Shown one piece after another: positions 1 through 5,806 of a DNA stretch of 5,806 nucleotides (the first letter of the stretch is position 1; each line of letters begins with the position of its first letter). Origin of the DNA: Paraspadella gotoi. Its lineage: Eukaryota > Animalia > Chaetognatha. Both the position numbers and the translations under genes were made by a program. The stretch covers positions 1-5,806 of the forward strand of contig JBJCIZ010001447.1 in the NCBI GenBank assembly GCA_051294375.1. Reading direction: 5' to 3'. Below the pieces are notes generated by a model. That model worked only from the letters and a program-made list of their open reading frames with translations. It searched no databases and had not been told where the DNA came from.

Positions 1-84
1 AGAGAGAGCGGCGAAATGGGGATCTAAACATGACGATAGATCGTAAAAGATGATGATATAAACGACTTTCGTCTGACCGCAGCC

Positions 85-290
85 AAGGAAAAAAAAAATT
101 GGAGGAAGAGTAAGTGGGCAGAGGGAGGTGAGGAAATTAGGAAGGAGAGTGGAAAAAGAGGGAGGAAGGATAAAAAAGAAAAGAGAAAGGCGGGGAAAAA
201 GGAAAAAGGAAAAAGGAAAAGAAAGAAATGTGAAATGAAAGTAGAAGAAAAGAGGAAAGGAAAGAGAAAAGAGAAAAACAAGAAGGGAAA
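85..290. repeat. A/G-rich low-complexity polypurine tract (degenerate GAAAA/GGAAAA units)
   Basis: Almost only A and G on the + strand, e.g. ggaaaaaggaaaaaggaaaagaaagaaa. It explains the Phe/Ser/Leu-rich minus-strand ORF 24..281. Confidence 0.9.
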
Positions 291-354
291 TTCAAATGTG
301 TGTTGAGCCGCAGCGACTTTCTTAGCCCGTTTTTATTCTTTTATAGCAACTAAT

Positions 355-535
355 AAGGAGATCAAAATAAAATACAGAGAACAGAAATAAGGAAACGAAA
401 AGGTCAGGAAAATAAAACCAAGAAAATATAAACAAAAGGAAGCAAAGGAAAGGAAAAGGAAAAGAGAAAGGAAAAAAAGTAAAAGAAAAAAAAGTAAGAG
501 CGAAAAAAAATGTCGCTGCGGGAAAAAGGAAGCGA
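355..535. repeat. A-rich low-complexity polypurine tract
   Basis: Degenerate AAAT/AAAGG/AAAG units such as aaaggaaaggaaaaggaaaagagaaaggaaaaaaag. Confidence 0.85.
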
Positions 536-599
536 ACGACATCTCAGCTCAGGTGATGGATTTACATCGGGAAAAAATACCGAGACTCTTCCGGCGTTT

Positions 600-622
600 T
601 CGTCGTCGTCGTCGTCGTCGTC
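600..622. repeat. (TCG)7 trinucleotide microsatellite
   Basis: Perfect TCG x7 at 600-620 plus a partial unit, followed by a degenerate TTG/GTT tail to about 640. Confidence 0.95.
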
Positions 623-737
623 AGCGTTGTTTGTTGTTTCGTGATTGTCTCATGGGATTCATAAACAAGCATACGAGTAGGATTACTTTTACCCAGTACA
701 ATAACTAGTAAGATAAAGCAAAAGACGAAGGGAAGAG

Positions 738-741
<4 letters not shown>

Positions 742-809
<68 letters not shown>

Positions 810-859
810 GCTCTCTTCTCTCTCTCTTTTCCCTTCTATATCTATCTCTCTCCTTTCCC
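742..859. repeat. (TC)n microsatellite with degenerate pyrimidine tail
   Basis: Perfect (TC)27 at 742-795, then interrupted TC/pyrimidine sequence to about 859. Confidence 0.97.
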
Positions 860-1534
860 AAAACGGGTTAATTGCCCAAGGCGCTGTGCAACCCTTCCGA
901 TGAAGAATCTGCCAAGAATTCCATTTTGTTTTGTTAGACGCTTCGCTGCACCCGGGCACGCCCCCTTTGTTCTCCAGTAGGCAGATGACGAAGTTTTTGA
1001 GTCAGAACATTAATTTAAAAAAAAATAAAGAAAATCTAAGGACTTCTCGTAATTTAGATAGAATTAAATATCTTTGAGCAGACGAATTACTGGACAACAG
1101 ACGAATAAAATATGCTATAGGAATGTATCAAGAAAAGGTTGGTAGCTTAAAGTAGTTTTAAAAGTAAACGAAGGAGAAAAGCGACGCCTTTCGTTCATCA
1201 ACGGAAAAGAATCGAGGAGAAAATATTGCAGAAACAAAAGAGCAGTATTTGCAGCTTGTGAAATGATTAAATCGGAGTTCATGAAAGAGAGTAATATTTT
1301 TAAGAACAAAGAAGGGAATATTAAAAATTGATAAAAATGAAGAGAAATAAAAAGGTAATTAGTTCGAACGAAAAGACGAAAACGCCACTCGTGATTTCTA
1401 ACTCCAAAAGAAAAAAGGAATTTGAAGACCAAACATGAAAACGAAAAGAAAGAAAGAAAAAAAGTTCTCTTTCTCCCTTTTCCTAATCTTAAATAACGAT
1501 CCGCCCTATAACCAACGCGTCTCATTCATGAGAT

Positions 1535-1692
1535 CAACGGCGCAGGTCGCACGCCAAAATGGGAGGTGCCGAAAGTGAAAACTGCTGGTTGTCCGGCGGC
1601 GAGAGATGGGGTGCCGGTCGACGTGTTCCGGCGCCGAGGGGAGCCGCCGGTGCCGTGTGAAGACATCTTTTATTCCCGGCTGAGATCGCGCA
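1535..1692. other. Short GC/CpG-rich unique island
   Basis: Abrupt switch from the A-rich 1100-1460 region to GC-rich sequence with many CpGs (ccggcggcg, gccggtcgacg, ccggcgccg, gccgccggtgccg). I recognise no coding product. Confidence 0.6.
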
Positions 1693-1699
1693 AAAGGGG

Positions 1700-1723
1700 G
1701 AGAGGAGAATAGAGAGGAGAGAG

Positions 1724-1798
<75 letters not shown>
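1700..1798. repeat. (GA)n microsatellite
   Basis: About 100 bp of GA repeat including perfect (AG)20 at 1741-1780, with single-base phase shifts. Confidence 0.97.
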
Positions 1799-1906
1799 TA
1801 TTTTCGTGGATTTTTTCCTGCCATATTCATGATTCAAGATTTCCATAGGGTTCCCCACTACACTCGAATTTTCGGACCACTCTGACCACACCACTTACTC
1901 TTTTTG

Positions 1907-1915
1907 TCTCTCTCT

Positions 1916-1997
<82 letters not shown>
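1907..1997. repeat. (TC)n microsatellite
   Basis: About 90 bp of TC repeat with one TT phase shift (1919-1920) and one G interruption (1964). Confidence 0.97.
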
Positions 1998-2001
<4 letters not shown>

Positions 2002-2564
2002 CATTATATCCGCCTCTTTTAATGTAATGAAAAAAAGACGTCAAAAAAAATACAGTCAATCAAATTAAAATTTCATTATCTTTATATTAATTTCGTTGTC
2101 CAGCGAGTACATAATTGGTTTTTAAATGTTAAATAGGACCGACATTACGCATTAAATTCATGGAAAAAAAACAAAAGAAAAACAAATGAGCAGAGATTTT
2201 AAAAAAAAAATTAACCAGAAAGCGTGAAAATTAAACGTCGCTTTTTGACAGTTTTGTAGAAGAAAAAAAATTAATTTTTGAAACATAGTAGCAGAAAATA
2301 TGAAAAAAAAAAAATGTTGGAAAAAAACTGAAAAAGCGTAAAATTCGCGAAATAAAATAATTTTCAGCGTAAGAAAGTGTGGCTCAATAGATGCTAGGTA
2401 GGTAATAACAGAGAAACAAAGAAGGGGAGAGAGTGAAAAAAAGAGAGAAAGAAAGAGAAAGTCAGAGAGTCACAAACAGCCAAACTGAACTAGAAACAGT
2501 AAACAGTGAAGACTCGTTTAGCCCCCATAAACTTCAGCCCTGCAACACGATAAACCCACGCCCA

Positions 2565-2610
2565 AACAACAAGCAATTTCTAACAACAAGCAATTTTCAA
2601 CAACAAGCAA
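2565..2610. repeat. 17-bp tandem repeat (minisatellite), about 2.7 copies
   Basis: aacaacaagcaatttct (2565-2581), aacaacaagcaattttc (2582-2598), aacaacaagcaa (2599-2610). Confidence 0.9.
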
Positions 2611-2650
2611 CAAAGAGGGCAGAACCAAGCACAGGACCGACCGGACATTT

Positions 2651-2712
2651 CACCTCTCCTCCGCCCCCTTTACCCTCGCCCCCCTTTCCTCCACCCCCAC
2701 TGGCTTCCCCCC
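2651..2712. other. C-rich pyrimidine tract; potential G-quadruplex on - strand / i-motif on + strand
   Basis: C runs at 2664-2668, 2673-2675, 2679-2684, 2694-2698 and 2707-2712, with loops of 4, 3, 9 and 8 nt. Confidence 0.5.
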
Positions 2713-2832
2713 GGTCAGACGCGAACGGCTCAAATTTTCATAGGGTTCCATCATCAACTCGGGAGGCAAATGGTTCTCGGCGATATATATATTTCGCCCG
2801 TGAGCCGATGACGAGGTTAACTCTTTACTTTT

Positions 2833-2904
2833 TCATCATCATCATCATCATTATGTTCGTCGTCGTCGTTGTCGTCGTCGTCGTCGTCGTCGTCGTCCTC
2901 GTCG
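2833..2904. repeat. Compound in-phase trinucleotide microsatellite (TCA)6-TTA-TGT-(TCG)~16
   Basis: TCA x6 at 2833-2850. 16 TCG-type units at 2857-2904, with one TTG and one TCC variant. Confidence 0.95.
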
Positions 2905-2989
2905 CCGCAATGGACATTTCACGTCGCCATTACGGCGTCGCCGCTGCCGCCGCACAGCGCCCGACGCAGGGACGACTGGGCAGACCAGC

Positions 2990-3050
2990 AGCAGCTGGAA
3001 TTTTTACGCCGCAGAGCAGAAGCAGCTGGGTTTTGACGCAGCAGAGCAGC
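2990..3050. repeat. Diverged ~30-bp tandem duplication within a CAG/GCA-rich tract
   Basis: agcagctggaatttttacgccgcagagcaga (2990-3020) versus agcagctggg-ttttgacgcagcagagcagc (3021-3050): 26 of 31 aligned positions identical by manual alignment. Confidence 0.8.
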
Positions 3051-3067
3051 AGCGGCAGCAGCTCCGA

Positions 3068-3738
3068 CGCCATCTTGGCGCGAATTATGCAATAATCTGG
3101 CGAATGAGAAATGGAGACGAGAAGGCGCAAAAAAAAAAATCTTCCTTCTTCCGCTCCATCCGGAACCACGAGGCTTTCATGGCCTCTTCATCGGGTCTGC
3201 TGACACGATTGGACTTTCGGCGCCGAAAATTTTTTCTTTTAACTCATATTTGCTCAAATTTTTAATAAAGAAGGCGAGAATTTTGTTGAAGATCCTAAGG
3301 CAAGTGAAAATTTGACCAGTGAAAAACCTCACAGTGAACTTTCTTTGGACATAAGCCGCGCAACCCATGTGTTTGAGCCACAATTTTCAACATGCAAGAT
3401 GGCAAGTACTTAATATATCTATTGTTTTGTGGTGATTTAAACTCGTGACTTGCACTTTCTTCCGGCATCAGAGCAAGCGCCCCGTCACAAATACAGCTGC
3501 ACCACCCACGCGCTACAAGTCCCCACACACATGCACCACCCGTGACGCATCGCCTCCACTTGTTGACAAAGCGCTGCCAGAGTCCGACAGACTCGCCATC
3601 CGGCGAGCGAGGATTAAATCCGCGAGTATTACATGATACGGGGAACATAAGACCTTGCTGAAGGGCTAATAACATCCGGGGACGCTCGACTCATCCGGCT
3701 GTACATTTAATCATCCGGGGGGAACCGCAGGCGGATTA
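3068..3738. promoter_or_regulatory. Candidate cis-regulatory module (ETS-like, YY1/Pho-like and GGATTA motif cluster)
   Basis: CATCCGG at 3157, 3597, 3673, 3692 and 3712; CTTCCGG at 3459; CGCCATCTTG at 3068; CAAGATGGC at 3395; GGATTA at 3611 and 3733; all in unique, largely CpG-rich DNA. Function is inferred from motif resemblance only. Confidence 0.3.
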
Positions 3739-3758
3739 TTTTGTTATGGAAGCGAGCA

Positions 3759-3872
3759 GGAGAGAGAGACGAGAGAGAGAGAGAAGATGATCGAGAGAGA
3801 AGAGACGAGAGAGACGAGAGAATAAGCAGAGAAGAGAAGAGAAGAGAGAGAGAGAAAGACGAGAAGAGAAGA
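3759..3872. repeat. Interrupted (GA)n microsatellite
   Basis: GA repeat with frequent single-base interruptions (gagacgag, gagaagag). Confidence 0.9.
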
Positions 3873-4246
3873 ATTTATTTTGTTTTATTAGAGGCGAGGG
3901 AGAAATGGGAGGAAATGGGTTCAAAGACGCGAGTCAGAAAAAAGAGGATCTTAATTGAGCTGGTCCTTGGGTAGTAGGAGGAGAAGAGAGAAAGGAAAAA
4001 ATATGAAAGAAATACAAATGTAGTTTTTCGGTTGAAAAGAGAAAAAACTGAAAAAAAGGTTGTACTTAGGGAGCAAAGAGGAAAGCCGATGATCTCCAAA
4101 ATTTTTCCAAATAAAAATAAATCAAAAATGATATAACCACGATTGTAAGATCTCAGTTCTATCACTTTGGATAATTCGATCGGCGCATGATACATATAAT
4201 TAATCGTTCACTTGATAATACATTTGTCGATCACCTCGAAGATACC

Positions 4247-4305
4247 ATGATCATCATACGGTAACGACTATATCAATCATCATTATCATCCTCATCTCAT
4301 CAATC
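4247..4305. repeat. Degenerate (ATC)n low-complexity tract
   Basis: catgatcatcatac ... atcaatcatcattatcatcctcatctcatcaatc. Confidence 0.6.
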
Positions 4306-4483
4306 GAAAATTTCCACACTTATACGAAGAGAATGCAAAAAAAGAAATTCAGATGAGGGAAAATGGAGATTTTTTTCTCTTTTTTTCACCAGACCGTGCA
4401 GTAAATATGACGGTAAAAAAGAAAAAAAAAAAACCTTACTTGTGAAAAAAATGAAAAATTGACGTTAAAAAAGTTCTCACCGG

Positions 4484-4600
4484 CTCTCCTCTTCCTCTCT
4501 CTCTAGTCTCCATGTCTCGTCTCTCTCTCGTCTCTCCATCTGCTCTCTCTCTCGCTCTCTCGTCTGCTCTTCTCCTCCCTCTCTTCTCCTCCTTCTCACT
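4484..4600. repeat. Interrupted (TC)n microsatellite
   Basis: TC repeat with many single purine interruptions (ctcgtctc, ctctagtctc). Confidence 0.9.
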
Positions 4601-4687
4601 ATGAATTCTCACGACAAAAGGACTTTAAAGTGATATAAGAACTAACACATGCCTTGGGGCGCTTCAAAAACCTTTAGGTAGTACTGA

Positions 4688-4824
4688 CCTCTCTCATCTC
4701 TCCTCTCGTCTCTCTCTATCTCTCGCTCTCTCGTCTCTTCTCGACTCTCTCTCCTCTCTCTCTCACTTTCTCTCTCTGCCTGTCTCTCTCTCTCTCTCTT
4801 TTCCCCCTCTCGCCGCCTTTCTCA
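4688..4824. repeat. Interrupted (TC)n microsatellite
   Basis: TC repeat with similar interruptions, separated from the previous tract by an ~87-bp unique spacer. Confidence 0.9.
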
Positions 4825-4856
4825 CTATTTTTCACGTCCAGAAAAAGAAAGATGCA

Positions 4857-4892
4857 GATAGAGAGAGAGAGGCGAGAGAGAAAAAGAAAAAG
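4857..4892. repeat. Short (GA)n / purine tract
   Basis: gatagagagagagaggcgagagagaaaaagaaaaagg. Confidence 0.75.
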
Positions 4893-5148
4893 GTTTGAAA
4901 GACCGCCCCGCGTAGACGCGCAAGGCGCGAGCGTAGATTGGCAGCCGTGATGTGCAGATAGTGAATAAAAAATTGTGAGAAAGTCAGTCATTAGAAATAG
5001 CTAATTAGAGGAAAGTAAGAGGGAGGGAGGGAGAGGAGGAAAGCCATATAATTTTGCGGGGAGGGGAGAAGCGCCAGACACGAGTGCGGGGGGACTTAAG
5101 ATGGCGACAGTTGGCTCGTTTAGTGATGGGCATAAACTGTGACGGAGT

Positions 5149-5233
5149 AAGAGAGAGAGACGAGACAGAGAGAGAGCGAGAATAGAACAGAAGAAGATCG
5201 AGAAGAGAAGAGAGAGACACGAGAGACGGAGAC
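5149..5233. repeat. Interrupted (GA)n microsatellite
   Basis: gagagagagacgagacagagagagagcgag ... gagagacacgagagacggagac. Confidence 0.88.
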
Positions 5234-5806
5234 GCCTGTAGTAGGATGAGTAATGATCGAAGACACGTGTAATGAACAGATATGAGTGACAAACGAGTTT
5301 TTTTTTTTTTCTTTATTTGCAAAGGCTCCTGCGCGAAGAGGCGAGAGGCGAGATTGAAAGGAGTTTTTTTACTCTATACCGCCGCAGCGGAGAAGATTTG
5401 ACAGCCGCTCCACGCCTCGTTGGCCTGGGGAACGCCAAACCAGGTTTGAGACGTTATTGAGTTTTGAGAGATGAATTTACTGTCGTCCCGTTCCTCATCC
5501 AAGTATTTATTAAAGAAAAAAAAGATATCATTGCTCTTGCATAGAAATATTGTATTGACCTGTAATTAAGTTCAAAAACCAATTGATAATTCTAGCGAAT
5601 TTTAGGCGCTGCCAGAAATGGTCGACACGTTGAAGACGAATCCGCTTCGCACTATTCAAAAACACAAACATAAAACATAAACCAGAACCAAGAGGAATTT
5701 CCGCGCTTAATTCGACTCTCTTTTTTTTTATATTTTCATGGTTTTAATTGTCGCGAAAATTGTCTCCGAAGCCGCAAGAGGACTCTTTCTTCTTCTTTCT
5801 TTTTTC

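Noticed and set aside
330-346. Polypyrimidine tract plus TAG resembling a 3' splice site
   Set aside because: It is followed by low-complexity A-rich sequence with no convincing exon.
24-1894. Minus-strand ORFs rich in F/S/L, ER or SL repeats
   Set aside because: They stay open because polypurine and dinucleotide tracts lack stop codons. There is no protein-like complexity.
2818-3036. Poly-Ser frame on + (2821-3036) and poly-Asp frame on - (2818-2917) through the compound trinucleotide repeat
   Set aside because: Both are short, bounded by stops, and lack an ATG or convincing splice acceptor. The in-phase synonymy follows trivially from TCA and TCG differing by one transition.
2433-3095. 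220-aa + strand ORF
   Set aside because: It starts at GTG, not ATG, and strings together SSR translations (poly-Pro, poly-Ile, poly-Val, poly-Ala). It crosses a 17-bp non-triplet repeat and has no recognisable domain.
3215-3228. Perfect 14-bp palindrome TTTCGGCGCCGAAA, loosely E2F-like
   Set aside because: One palindrome with 7-bp arms is not unexpected in 5.8 kb, and it does not match TTTSSCGC exactly.
3177-3675. ORFs 3177..3383(-), 3295..3675(-) and 3445..3636(+) in unique sequence
   Set aside because: They are short and mutually overlapping, with no recognisable motif, and their lengths are compatible with chance in GC-richer DNA.
3673-3718. CRISPR-like repeat-spacer reading of the CATCCGG triplet
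   Set aside because: The 7-bp repeats and 12-13-bp spacers are far too short, there are no cas genes, and the context is eukaryotic.
5021-5093. Plus-strand G-run cluster as a G-quadruplex
   Set aside because: Only three closely spaced GGG runs; the next is about 26 nt away, so it is a weak candidate.
3736-5322. ORFs overlapping the right-hand GA/TC tracts
   Set aside because: These are translations of degenerate microsatellites (RE/SL repeats) with no recognisable homology.
1-5806. tRNA, rRNA, SINE, LINE or DNA transposon
   Set aside because: By eye I found no cloverleaf, Pol III A/B boxes, RT or transposase motifs, or complex terminal inverted repeats with target-site duplications. A RepeatMasker/Infernal search is needed to exclude decayed copies.

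Overview
This looks like non-coding (intronic or intergenic) eukaryotic DNA with a very high density of simple sequence repeats. It holds long (TC)n/(GA)n microsatellites in both orientations, (TCG)n/(TCA)n trinucleotide repeats, A/G-rich polypurine blocks and a 17-bp minisatellite, separated by short unique, often CpG-rich islands. The repeat load and abundant CpG are reminiscent of an invertebrate such as a decapod crustacean; this is inference only. I recognise no protein-coding gene, RNA gene, transposon ORF or CRISPR array. The supplied ORFs are mostly read-throughs of low-complexity DNA. The best unexplained signal is the unique block at about 2900-3740, with five same-strand CATCCGG (ETS-like) heptamers, three of them 19-20 bp apart, two YY1/Pho-type motifs and three AGTGAA at exact 15-bp spacing. 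It may be a cis-regulatory module. The irregular interruptions in the right-hand GA/TC tracts may partly be long-read error. I found no convincing evidence for a novel multi-gene system.
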